DNA of 20,000 nt from an uncultured virus (IMG/VR IMGVR_UViG_3300030419_004303) (lineage: Duplodnaviria; Heunggongvirae; Uroviricota; Caudoviricetes), in the IMG/VR virus record IMGVR_UViG_3300030419_004303. One strand, written 5' to 3'. Within the stretch, counting starts at the first letter, position 1. Each line of letters starts with the position of its first letter. Positions 1 to 8,655 of the stretch are shown piece by piece. A model generated the notes under the pieces. It had not been told where the DNA came from. It saw nothing but the letters and a program-made list of their open reading frames with translations, and did not search any database. Position numbers and translations under genes: made by a program.

Positions 1-1208
1 ATCTTATCCATAGCGGGGAGTTGCGAGTTTATTATAAAATTATTCCTAGAGACTTTTAAAGCTTGGCGTTGCCTGTCCGATAGACGTTTATCTTGGCTAA
101 TAATTTCATAAAAGTCCCCTCTCTTCATTAACTCAGGGTGTGCAATAGGCAACCCCATTGGGGTTATGCGGATATTATTTTCATGATTGTCTGAGTCATA
201 CTTAAACACCCCTTGATTATTCGCATGGCTAATGGCTAATTCTTTAACAAGTTTAAAAAGCCTTTCATTGGTGTACCTATGCACATTATCGGGGCTTATC
301 CCTGACATTTGTATATCTCCCCACCCTTCTCTCTTACCAATCTCCTTCATAAGGGTAGGTTGGATCTGTGCTATTTCAGGGGGTAACTTATCAGCTATGA
401 TCTGGTTAATATCTTCTGGCCTGTCAGCCCATAACTGACTCCACCAGCTGCCTTCTTTGCGATAACTCTCAAGGTCAATAGTGTTTTGAATTGCTTCGCT
501 TATTTTTATAGCAGTCTCTGATTCTGGATTAAGAAGTAATGTCTTTAAAGTTTCCAGATCTCGTTTGTCTAGATCAGCTTGAAATTTTGTTTTGTTAGGA
601 ATCCCTGATTCGCCTAACCCCTCCGCTACCTGCCATAAATCTCTAGGGTCTATAGCCCCAGCATGATATGCTTCAAGGGCTTGGTTTCCAGACACAGTAA
701 AATTATCTGTAGAGGTTCCTTGTTGCCCATAATTACCTATATGCACCACTCCCACATCCCCTTCAACAAGAGAAGCAAAAGGAAGTTCTCCTGCTTGGAG
801 CAAAGCTTTCTTGCTCCTATTTAAGTATTCATTTTTCTTTGAGTTATCTAAATCTGCCCAGTCTACAAGGGGAAAAACACGGGATACTAAAGCAGCCTCT
901 TGGTTAGTCCCCAAAGTATACCCTGTAGACATGTTAGCAATGGCTCCGTATTCTTCATCGCTGACAGGTTTACCTCCAGTGTACCAATCAACGTAATAAT
1001 CTTGAATTTCAGATTCTTTTTGCTGTGTCAGCTCACCTCGTTTAAGAGACTCAACACGATAATAATCAAGGTAGTTAGGTAGATCTTCTTCAGTTGGTGT
1101 GCCAGGAGTACTATTAGTTTTCTTCCATTCAGGATATGCTAAATAAGATCCTAACTGATTTGCAACTGGTGTTGCAGTGGGTAATAGAGTAGAGCTGTCT
1201 GTGGCCAC
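1..1208 (-). CDS. Large hypothetical protein, probable internal virion (ejection) protein; runs off the window start (partial, >402 aa)
   Basis: Not in the ORF track. Manual translation from GTG at 1208 (MATDSSTLLPTATPVANQLGSYLAYPEWKK...) is open to position 1. A TATAAT lies 8 nt upstream. Function is inferred from its position as the third of three consecutive genes after terL. Confidence 0.6.
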   Translation of the reverse strand, partial: MATDSSTLLPTATPVANQLGSYLAYPEWKKTNSTPGTPTEEDLPNYLDYYRVESLKRGELTQQKESEIQDYYVDWYTGGKPVSDEEYGAIANMSTGYTLGTNQEAALVSRVFPLVDWADLDNSKKNEYLNRSKKALLQAGELPFASLVEGDVGVVHIGNYGQQGTSTDNFTVSGNQALEAYHAGAIDPRDLWQVAEGLGESGIPNKTKFQADLDKRDLETLKTLLLNPESETAIKISEAIQNTIDLESYRKEGSWWSQLWADRPEDINQIIADKLPPEIAQIQPTLMKEIGKREGWGDIQMSGISPDNVHRYTNERLFKLVKELAISHANNQGVFKYDSDNHENNIRITPMGLPIAHPELMKRGDFYEIISQDKRLSDRQRQALKVSRNNFIINSQLPAMDK

Positions 1209-1216
1209 GACAAAGT

Positions 1217-1222
1217 ATTATA
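1217..1222 (-). promoter_or_regulatory. Consensus -10 box (TATAAT) 8 nt upstream of the GTG start at 1208
   Basis: Minus strand reads ...aaccaTATAATactttgtcGTG. No clear -35 and no SD. Confidence 0.4.
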
Positions 1223-1229
1223 TGGTTAA

Positions 1230-2273
1230 TTATCTAGATGGTATTCCTAATGTGTCTAACGAAGCAGAGGAGCGGGCACTAGGATTTCTCCTAACACTTT
1301 GCCTAGCTCCTGGAATGCCCGTTGTTTTTCTCAATTCAAATATAAGGCTTCTGATATTTGCTTCAGGGCCTTGAAAAACTCCTCCCCAAGGATCCGTCTC
1401 AGTCTGAGGGGGCTTTTGTGCCCAAGCACTTAAATCTTTAAAGGCTTTTATTTCGGAAAGTCCTGCGGTTCTAGCTAAAGGTAATAGTCTTTCTGTAAAT
1501 AATAAAACTTTTTGATGAGTAGGATCTGTTAAAGCATCATCTGCATAGGAATCAAGAGCCCTTAGTTGATCTTCATAAGCGGCTTCTTGTTTAGCTTGTA
1601 ACTCATCCCTTTGTTTCTTCTCAGCAGCTTCTATTGCCCCCCTTCTAAGATCTTCATCAACAATACCCATGGAATCAAACGTACTTCCTATTGCTTCTGT
1701 AGACCCAGAGCTTATAGCATCAGTAAGAATCTTAGCTTGTGCTGATTGTAGGTTAGGATTCTTCTGCATGGCAAATTGTTTAGTGGTCATTTCCATTAAC
1801 TGTTTCCCTGTAGCAGTGTTAGTAAACTCTGGGTTTGATAAGAATTGATTAAACACGCTTCTAGATTGATCCTGTATAGGAGCTTCAGATTCCAAGATAG
1901 TAGATATTCTACCCGCCATCTCCGCATACTTTTCTTGGGCTTCTTTCTCCCTGCGAGCAGCATCTTGAGCTGTCTTCAAATCGGATCTAAGCTTCTCTGC
2001 GGATAAAGCTCGTGATACATTTAATAAATCAGCACCCCTCTTTTTGGCGATTGCTGAATCCATAGCATCTAATTTCCTACCATATGTTGAACGTATTTGT
2101 GGGCCGTTAGGCATGCCCAAAGACATCGCAAAGATGTCACTCTTCAAAGCTTGTATATCCTTATTGGAGTAATCCACATCAGGATCTGCAATAGACATCT
2201 GAGCATCGCCTATTAAGAAATCAAACTGTTTACCCATAACATCATAAGGGCTTTGGGTTTGCGCTCTAGCCAT
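1230..2273 (-). CDS. Hypothetical alpha-helical/coiled-coil protein (347 aa), probable internal virion protein
   Basis: Start re-assigned to ATG at 2273 (MARAQTQ...), 1 nt after the upstream TAA. Ala/Gln/Glu/Lys-rich and helical-looking, with no recognisable catalytic motif. Confidence 0.55.
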   Translation of the reverse strand: MARAQTQSPYDVMGKQFDFLIGDAQMSIADPDVDYSNKDIQALKSDIFAMSLGMPNGPQIRSTYGRKLDAMDSAIAKKRGADLLNVSRALSAEKLRSDLKTAQDAARREKEAQEKYAEMAGRISTILESEAPIQDQSRSVFNQFLSNPEFTNTATGKQLMEMTTKQFAMQKNPNLQSAQAKILTDAISSGSTEAIGSTFDSMGIVDEDLRRGAIEAAEKKQRDELQAKQEAAYEDQLRALDSYADDALTDPTHQKVLLFTERLLPLARTAGLSEIKAFKDLSAWAQKPPQTETDPWGGVFQGPEANIRSLIFELRKTTGIPGARQSVRRNPSARSSASLDTLGIPSR

Positions 2274-2274
2274 T

Positions 2275-3690
2275 TTATCTGTACTTTCCTCCTCCAGCAA
2301 CACTCTTCCACCAATCAGCAACTCCCTGTTCAGCGGGTTCCAAATAATCTTCTCTCATCATGGTCGCCCATGATCTTTTCTTTTTCATATGATCTCTGGC
2401 CTCCTGCAAAGCTCTCTGATCCTCTTTAGCTTGAGCCTCTGCCTCTTCTTGTGCGGCAATTAGTCTATCCCCAAAGGCTTCCTCTTGTTTTTTCCGTTCG
2501 GCTTTACCCACCTCTTCTCTTTTTGCGGCGGCCTCCACCCAATCAGAATAGGCTTCATTTTCTGCAATCTCCATTCCCTCTAATTCTTTCTTAGCCCCCT
2601 TCAAAGAAGCCTCCATTTCCTGTGGTTTGAAATCTTCACCTTCAGGCTTAAATTCTTTTGGTCCTTGATAACCTTTTGGCATTCCTTCTTTCATCCTGTC
2701 CCCTCTTCTACGCATTTCCGCAGCGGGGAGCACTTCATCCCCCCTATCAATAGCCCTTTGGATATTCCAGTCATCAATGCTTGCTTCCCTGTTTGCATCA
2801 GCTTGTGCTAACTCTGCAGCTGCAAAATCTTTCTTCTTTTGATGTACGGCTTTTCTATAAGTGGATCTAAGAAGTCTATTTACATCATCTTTAGTAAATG
2901 AATGATCTCCTAGTTTACTTCCTTCACGTATAATAGCTTGAAGTTTATCAGGGTTCTTACTCCAATACTCTGGGTCTGCACTGCCAGGAGCAGACATTGC
3001 ATTAATAATTCTGTTACCTAATTGTTCTCTTCTAGCTTTTTGTGTCTCCCCTAGGCTCCCTTCCAAATCAAATATTTGATCTTTTAAAAAGCTCTTCCTA
3101 TCCTCCCAACCTTCTTTCATAAGAGGGGTATCAAGAGCAGTTTGTCTCTTCTTTTCCGCATCTTCTTTGGCTTTCTCCCTAGCTAGTAATTGGTCATCAA
3201 TCATCTTCTCCACGTCTTCCTGCCTAGACTTCTCACGATCTTCAATTGTCTCTGCCAATTGGCGAACGTCTGAGTCATCGTAATCTTCTGCAAATTCTGG
3301 TTCTGATCTGGCCAGAGAAACTGTTCTAAGAATAGGTCTTCTTTTGAGATATTGTTTTCCAGCTCGCCCGCCAAGCCCTTTGAGTCTACCCCCTTTAAGT
3401 TGGGGCCAAAAATCTTCTGCTGTCTTGCCCGCTGGTTTTCCGCCCATGCGGATAGGGGCTCCCCCTTTTTCAATAAGTTTTTTAGCGCCCTTAGCTCCTA
3501 ATTTAGTTGTTGTAACACCTATCCCCGCTCCTGGAATTGCTTGTGCCGCACGGATGCCAGCCCCCTCTAAATCCCCCCTAGCCAGAGATATTCCCATATT
3601 AGCTAAATCTAGAATATTTCCCACCCAAGGAGTAGCTCCTCCGATGTCCAGTCCAAATTGAATTTTATCCCAAAAAGATTTCGATGCCAT
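2275..3690 (-). CDS. 471-aa protein with an N-terminal Gly/Ala-rich pre-toxin-like hairpin and a long charged coiled-coil; probable internal virion/ejection protein
   Basis: N-terminus GLDIGGATPWVGNILDLANMGISLARGDLEGAGIRAAQAIPGAG is followed by a basic linker and E/K/R/A-rich helical sequence. It is the first gene after a promoter-containing intergenic region. Confidence 0.55.
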   Translation of the reverse strand: MASKSFWDKIQFGLDIGGATPWVGNILDLANMGISLARGDLEGAGIRAAQAIPGAGIGVTTTKLGAKGAKKLIEKGGAPIRMGGKPAGKTAEDFWPQLKGGRLKGLGGRAGKQYLKRRPILRTVSLARSEPEFAEDYDDSDVRQLAETIEDREKSRQEDVEKMIDDQLLAREKAKEDAEKKRQTALDTPLMKEGWEDRKSFLKDQIFDLEGSLGETQKARREQLGNRIINAMSAPGSADPEYWSKNPDKLQAIIREGSKLGDHSFTKDDVNRLLRSTYRKAVHQKKKDFAAAELAQADANREASIDDWNIQRAIDRGDEVLPAAEMRRRGDRMKEGMPKGYQGPKEFKPEGEDFKPQEMEASLKGAKKELEGMEIAENEAYSDWVEAAAKREEVGKAERKKQEEAFGDRLIAAQEEAEAQAKEDQRALQEARDHMKKKRSWATMMREDYLEPAEQGVADWWKSVAGGGKYR

Positions 3691-3727
3691 TATAGAAAAA
3701 TGTTAAATTAAAGTGCATAAGAAGAAT

Positions 3728-3760
3728 CCTTAAATTTAAGGGTTAATCACCGTAAGTCAA
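3728..3760 (-). promoter_or_regulatory. Putative sigma70-type promoter TTGACT-N16-TAAATT overlapping the perfect 14-bp palindrome CCTTAAATTTAAGG (3728-3741)
   Basis: Read directly on the minus strand in the 144-bp gap upstream of the gene starting at 3690. Confidence 0.5.
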
Positions 3761-3763
3761 ACA

Positions 3764-3829
3764 ACCTCCAGATAGGAGGTAAGCTGTTTACAGCAATGTA
3801 CATTAAACTGCTTAACTTCCACTAGAAGT
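3764..3829. other. Two short stem-loops downstream of terL: ACCTCC-agata-GGAGGT (3764-3780) and ACTTC-cacta-GAAGT (3815-3829); possible weak terminator or operator sites
   Basis: The inverted repeats are visible in the sequence. There is no strong U-tract, so function is uncertain. Confidence 0.3.
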
Positions 3830-3834
3830 AATTA

Positions 3835-5631
3835 TTAATCTACTAACACCTCAGCCGACAAAATTTGTGAAAGCTCTTTTAAGTTTTTCTTTTTTGGATA
3901 AAAACCCTTTGAATTTTTCTCTGGGGGGTCAACGGCAACCAATCCATGACGCTGTCTCGCTAAATCTAAACATAAAAATGCAGCATCGGCTAAGTCAGGG
4001 GATTGTCCGAACCTGCTTTTATAAGATAGTTTAGGTTCCAACTTCATTTTTAAATAGGAAGAACTCTTAACAACATCATAATGCCTACTTGTTATTTCTT
4101 TAGCTAATTCTGAGTTTATGCCATACAATTGTTTTGTCCTACACAACTCTTTCCCCACAAACCATAACTCACTTACCCTATTAAAGTATAAATCAGCACC
4201 TATCTCTTTACTTTTAGAACTAACTCTTTTATCAGATGCCTTTCCCCCAAATGAAACCCGAAGAATATCATCCCCAAACTCAGTTGCAAGAACATCTGAC
4301 AGAGGCTGACCAGCACCTGAAGCATCAATTGCAAAATTTGAAGGGAGAACTTCCCGTTTATCACAATGCTCTTTTACCAAACGAGCTATCTGAAAAGAGC
4401 GGGGGACCGCTTTGTTGGTGGCATCGTCATTAATTTGTACTGCTTCAGTTAGCTCGCACACAAATTGTCCTGTCTTATCCACTCCCACTTTACCAAAATA
4501 AATAATAGAACGGTCACCCCCTGTTGTGAATGCAGGGTCAAAACCCGCAATATTAACAGGCTTCCCACTCCAATCGGCTTGCCCCATAGCCCCAGATCTA
4601 ACTAACTCAGCTTCTGTATATACAGTTTCAGTTTCTTCACTATCAAAAAAGATAGCCCGTACCATCCGCATATACCCTCTGCTGTGTCTACCCAATAAAG
4701 CAGCATCTTCTTGAAGCTTCTCTTCTGTTGGTAGCCAAGGATATTTATTTTCCCCAACCAAAACATTTGGAGATCTTTCACCATCCAATCTTATATACTT
4801 ACCACCCCACTTGGTTTCCCATGTGTCATCCATCTCAATATTAACTCCTTCCCATGTATCTTTAGGCTCACTCCACACACCAAAGGCATCAAAACGTGAT
4901 GATGGGTTGCTCATCCCAATCAAAGAAAAGGAAGGGTTTTTAGACAAGTTAGATAGACCTGCATTTAATATGGCCTCACTAAGCTCACTTAACTCATCCG
5001 CTATTAATATAACATTCTTCTGCTTAATACCTATAAATTTACCTACTGCCTCCCTAGTTTTAGACTTCTCCGCAGCAATCAAAGACAGCCCAGCCCGCTC
5101 AAACAATGTTCCTTGATCATTGACGTATGCAACATTACCAATGGAATCACGAATCTTGAATGGGGCATTATCCTTCTTGAGCCCGTGCATTAAACTGATC
5201 ACTGAACCCCAGATCCTCTTCCTTGCTTCACGTAACGTGGTCGAGGTTAACAGGACCAGAGTTTCATCAGGTCTTGCCAGCCAATTTATAATCCCCCAAG
5301 CAGCCATTGTATGTGATTTTCCACTAGAAGCAGCTCCTCCAACTGCTACATATTTATTTTCAATGGCCGCTCTAACAATTTCTTCTGCCCAAGGATGCCT
5401 AACCATTAAAGGATCCACCATTTCTTCTTTATTCCATAGCTCATCACACACCCTCCAAAAATAATACTCTTTCATTGCAGGTTGTACGCATTCTCTAAAG
5501 GCAATTATAAGAAGGTACACAAGGCTTTCTTCCCCAGGATATAATTCTTCTTCATAAGAAAATTTCCACACAAGGCTCCCATCCACGTCAGTGAGTTGTG
5601 GCTCCCAAGACTCTATTACTTCTGTAAGCAT
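3835..5631 (-). CDS. terL: Terminase large subunit
   Basis: Walker A-like GGAASSGKS, Walker B ILIADE, coupling motif MSNP, RNase H-like nuclease motifs IAGFDPA, FAIDASG and C-terminal SPDLADA; 598 aa. Confidence 0.9.
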   Translation of the reverse strand: MLTEVIESWEPQLTDVDGSLVWKFSYEEELYPGEESLVYLLIIAFRECVQPAMKEYYFWRVCDELWNKEEMVDPLMVRHPWAEEIVRAAIENKYVAVGGAASSGKSHTMAAWGIINWLARPDETLVLLTSTTLREARKRIWGSVISLMHGLKKDNAPFKIRDSIGNVAYVNDQGTLFERAGLSLIAAEKSKTREAVGKFIGIKQKNVILIADELSELSEAILNAGLSNLSKNPSFSLIGMSNPSSRFDAFGVWSEPKDTWEGVNIEMDDTWETKWGGKYIRLDGERSPNVLVGENKYPWLPTEEKLQEDAALLGRHSRGYMRMVRAIFFDSEETETVYTEAELVRSGAMGQADWSGKPVNIAGFDPAFTTGGDRSIIYFGKVGVDKTGQFVCELTEAVQINDDATNKAVPRSFQIARLVKEHCDKREVLPSNFAIDASGAGQPLSDVLATEFGDDILRVSFGGKASDKRVSSKSKEIGADLYFNRVSELWFVGKELCRTKQLYGINSELAKEITSRHYDVVKSSSYLKMKLEPKLSYKSRFGQSPDLADAAFLCLDLARQRHGLVAVDPPEKNSKGFYPKKKNLKELSQILSAEVLVD

Positions 5632-5674
5632 GCTACTTGAATTATAACTATTATAATAGTATATATTATGTAGT
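5632..5674. promoter_or_regulatory. Divergent promoter region with the perfect 14-bp palindrome ACTATTATAATAGT (5647-5660)
   Basis: 43-bp AT-rich gap. Minus strand: TATAAT (5646-5641) 9 nt before the terL ATG. Plus strand: TTGAAT (5637-5642) and TATATT (5662-5667) 7 nt before the TTG at 5675. Confidence 0.55.
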
Positions 5675-6343
5675 TTGACTAAAAGAAATAAAGAATTAGA
5701 ACGGGCGGCTGTTATTGAGCTTTATCAAAAGGGTAAATCTAAAGCTCATATAGGGAGGACCGTAGGTGTTTCACAGCCTACAATACGTAGATGGTTGGAT
5801 GAGGAGGGACTTACAGGCCCAAAAAAACTGGAAGACTCTGATGTGAAGAAGAAGATAAAGGAAAAGGTTGTAGAGATGTACCAAGAAGGTTCTTCTTTAA
5901 AACATATAGCATCAACTTTTGAAGTGTCGAAGACGGCTGTAACAAAATGGCTTCAAAAAGCAGGAGTGTATAAAAGTAGAGAAGATAAACAGAAGCAAAC
6001 TCTAGAACAGGTTGAGGCATCTCTAACCAATAGAGAAGGATTAGCCAGATTACTGGAGTCTCCTGACCTGAGCTATGAAGAATCCCAAAAAATAACCTTA
6101 GCGGGTATCAATAAATATAGGGCAGATATACTTCGGGGGAAAGATACCCCAGGGCTTAACCCATTTTTAAAAGCTTCAGAGGTAATTAATAAAATGAACA
6201 AGGGAGGGGGCTCTATTGAGCCAAGAGGTCGTCTTACATTGAATTTAGAGGTGAACAAGAAAAAATGGAAGAGCCAGATAATTGAGGCTGAAGCCGAGGA
6301 AATTGATCTAGAAGTAGAAGAACCACCAACTGAATCAGAATAA
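5675..6343 (+). CDS. Tandem helix-turn-helix DNA-binding protein, probable terminase small subunit (or a regulator)
   Basis: Two internally repeated HTH units (VIELYQKGKSKAHIGRTVGVSQPTIRRWL and VVEMYQEGSSLKHIASTFEVSKTAVTKWL), a helical middle, a beta-like LTLNLEV and an acidic IIEAEAEEI tail. This resembles TerS architecture, and the gene is adjacent to terL. TTG start. Confidence 0.6.
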   Translation: MTKRNKELERAAVIELYQKGKSKAHIGRTVGVSQPTIRRWLDEEGLTGPKKLEDSDVKKKIKEKVVEMYQEGSSLKHIASTFEVSKTAVTKWLQKAGVYKSREDKQKQTLEQVEASLTNREGLARLLESPDLSYEESQKITLAGINKYRADILRGKDTPGLNPFLKASEVINKMNKGGGSIEPRGRLTLNLEVNKKKWKSQIIEAEAEEIDLEVEEPPTESE

Positions 6344-6615
6344 TGTCTACACAAGAAGATGGCAACACCGCTTTATTATTATATGACGGGTTACAAGATG
6401 CTTTCATAGGGAGCATAGAACGATACGGGCAACCCCCCATCGCTTGCTACAGCAAAAGGATGGTAATAAAAACTCTTGTAGAAAACTACGACTTAACTGA
6501 AAAAGCTGCTAGAGACAGGTATGAATTTGAGTATTTACTTAGTAATCACGGAGAAGCCACACCGTGTTTTTTAAATGATGATCCACCAGATGTTTCGGGA
6601 ACGATTAAGAGTTAA
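6343..6615 (+). CDS. Conserved phage hypothetical protein (DG-x-x-DAFIG...TPCF type)
   Basis: TAATG coupling to the upstream gene. The pattern DGLQDAFIG...ACYS...A...YEF...GEATPCF resembles a common small protein of aquatic phages (recognised from memory). Confidence 0.7.
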   Translation: MSTQEDGNTALLLYDGLQDAFIGSIERYGQPPIACYSKRMVIKTLVENYDLTEKAARDRYEFEYLLSNHGEATPCFLNDDPPDVSGTIKS

Positions 6616-6838
6616 CAATCCTACTGTAATTATCCGTAAGGATTTACCTAACAAGGATTTCCAATTCATATCCGAAAAACGGGTAGGGACTTTTTATCTA
6701 GTTATACCTAGAACCGCAAGAGAAGTGTTTTATATACAAATGCTTATAAAAAATGTAGATGTAATGGTTCCAGCCGAAGGAGATGGTTTAATACTAACAT
6801 GTGACTCTGTGGATAGGCTTCATGTGCTTTCTGGTTAA
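6575..6838 (+). CDS. Hypothetical protein (beta-rich; true start may be ATG 6590)
   Basis: Fills the gap in the operon, and its TAA overlaps the next ATG (TAATG at 6836-6840). Confidence 0.6.
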   Translation: MMIHQMFRERLRVNNPTVIIRKDLPNKDFQFISEKRVGTFYLVIPRTAREVFYIQMLIKNVDVMVPAEGDGLILTCDSVDRLHVLSG

Positions 6839-7314
6839 TGATTGTAGGAGTAGATAATGGGCTAGATGGGGGGTTGACTGCCATATCAGTGTATACAGGG
6901 GCTGTTATTGATAAGACGGTTATGCCTACTAAACACCGCAATAAACGTAGGGAAGTGGATACAAGGAAAGTATATGAATGGCTAATGTCCCTAGAAAGTC
7001 CTTTCCTTTTTGCTATAGAGGAACCTCTACATCATGCAAAATCTTCTCAGGCTGTAAGGTCAATGGGTATAAGTTTTGGTAAACTGCTTGGGTTGGCCGA
7101 AAGTAGAGAATGGGAAACCAAATGTGTGTCCGTTCATAAGTGGCAGAAGAAAATGTTAGGCCATATTCCAAAGGGAAAATCAAAAGAAATGGCTATATGG
7201 AAAGCAGAATGTTTGGCTCCTGACGAATGTTGGCAGAAAAGTAAAAGAGCCAGCAAGCCCCACGACGGAATGGTAGATGCTTTTTTGATAGCTAGATATA
7301 TTAGAGGAAAATAA
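6838..7314 (+). CDS. RuvC-like Holliday junction resolvase
   Basis: MIVGVDNG (catalytic D), FAIEEP (E), SFGKLLG, KWQKKM and HDGMVDAFLIA (DxxxDA) fit the phage RuvC-like pattern. Confidence 0.85.
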   Translation: MIVGVDNGLDGGLTAISVYTGAVIDKTVMPTKHRNKRREVDTRKVYEWLMSLESPFLFAIEEPLHHAKSSQAVRSMGISFGKLLGLAESREWETKCVSVHKWQKKMLGHIPKGKSKEMAIWKAECLAPDECWQKSKRASKPHDGMVDAFLIARYIRGK

Positions 7315-7317
7315 ATC

Positions 7318-7348
7318 TAGACTATCTTAAATATCAGTGCTATTTAAG
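7318..7348 (+). promoter_or_regulatory. Putative promoter TAGACT-N17-(TGc)TATTTA with inverted repeat CTTAAATA-N7-TATTTAAG (7326-7348)
   Basis: 40-bp intergenic gap before the helicase. The -10-like box ends 8 nt before ATG 7355; the 8-bp arms are read directly. Confidence 0.45.
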
Positions 7349-7354
7349 GACTGA

Positions 7355-8647
7355 ATGAAAGCACTATTCCCAAAGCAGAGCACTGCTGCCGACTTTTTTA
7401 TCGGTGTACTTAACAAAGGGATATCTACAATAGATACTTCGAGTGTAGGTACAGGTAAAACTGTCGTTGCCAGCTATATTGCTAAAGAACTAGGGAGACC
7501 TGTAGCTGTGATATGCCCTAAATCAGTTATCCCTTCATGGGAAAGGGAGCTGGAAGAGTTTGGGGTGGATCCCTTATTTGTACTTAATTATGAAAAAATA
7601 AGAACAGGTAACACGGACTATATGTCTAAAAGGGGGAAGAAGATAATGAAGTGGCATCTGCCAGAGGACACTTTGATTTTCATGGATGAGATCCACAAAG
7701 CTAAGGGCCCTTATACCCAGAATTCACAACTGCTTATATCCTTAGTGAACCAAGGGTATCTTGTGCACGGGATGAGTGCTACTGCTTGTGAGGATCCAAC
7801 CGAAATGCGAGCTATTGGCTACATGTTGGGGTTACATAGTCTAAACAAAAGTGAAGGAGGTAAGAGGAGTTGGTATTCTTGGATGTTGAATTATGGATGC
7901 CTCCAGGATCAATGGAAGAATTGGACTCTTAGGAGCAGGAAAAAACTAGAGGATGTAAAAAATAATATTTATGGGATAACTGGACACAAGCTAACTGTAG
8001 AAGATTTCCCTGACTCCTTTAGGGACAACAGGGTATTTGTTGAGCCTATTCAATTTAGTGCTCCCTCTAAAATAATAAAAGCTTATGAAGACTTAGGTGT
8101 AACTCCAGATATTGTAGAACACTTTGTCGAGCATGGGACTGTAGAGGATTCTGATTTTGATATTGTTAATATACTTAAAGCTAGAATGTTAGCCGAAAGC
8201 TATAAGGCAATGGATCTCGTGGACATGGCAATTGATTACACAATACAAGGGTACTCAGTAGTTATCTTTGTGAATTTTAAAGACACTATAGATGCTATCT
8301 GCAACAAGCTTGATTGTGGGAGGATCGATGGAGGGCAGACATTAAATGAGAGACAACTAGTTATAGATAATTTTCAAAATGATAAGACCAGAATACTGGC
8401 CGTTAACATTGCCGCAGGAGGGACAGGTCTATCACTCCACGACACGCAGGGGAAATACCCTAGGGTTAGTTTGATTAGCCCTTCGTTCTCTGCTAAAAAT
8501 CACCTCCAAGTATTGGGGCGTATACATCGCAATGGGGCTAAATCGGATGCTCTTCAAAAGATACTTGTAGCAGCAAACTCCATTGAGGAGAACGTGATGA
8601 AATCAATAGACAAGAAACTTAAAAACTTAGAAGCACTACACGGATAA
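7355..8647 (+). CDS. Superfamily 2 (SNF2-like/DExH) DNA helicase
   Basis: Motif I GTGKT, Ia VICPKS, II DEIH, III SATA, IV VIFVNF, V AGGTGLSL, VI QVLGRIHRNG. Confidence 0.92.
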   Translation: MKALFPKQSTAADFFIGVLNKGISTIDTSSVGTGKTVVASYIAKELGRPVAVICPKSVIPSWERELEEFGVDPLFVLNYEKIRTGNTDYMSKRGKKIMKWHLPEDTLIFMDEIHKAKGPYTQNSQLLISLVNQGYLVHGMSATACEDPTEMRAIGYMLGLHSLNKSEGGKRSWYSWMLNYGCLQDQWKNWTLRSRKKLEDVKNNIYGITGHKLTVEDFPDSFRDNRVFVEPIQFSAPSKIIKAYEDLGVTPDIVEHFVEHGTVEDSDFDIVNILKARMLAESYKAMDLVDMAIDYTIQGYSVVIFVNFKDTIDAICNKLDCGRIDGGQTLNERQLVIDNFQNDKTRILAVNIAAGGTGLSLHDTQGKYPRVSLISPSFSAKNHLQVLGRIHRNGAKSDALQKILVAANSIEENVMKSIDKKLKNLEALHG

Positions 8648-8655
8648 TAAACAAA

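Noticed and set aside
232..5464. Short + strand ORFs (232, 811, 900, 1177, 3344, 4118, 4236, 4526, 4811, 5120) and nested - strand ORFs (3201, 4602)
   Set aside because: They are antisense or alternate-frame shadows of long, well-supported - strand genes, with no motifs.
5675..6343. HTH protein as an IS transposase fragment
   Set aside because: No DDE domain or terminal inverted repeats, and the gene is translationally coupled into the phage operon.
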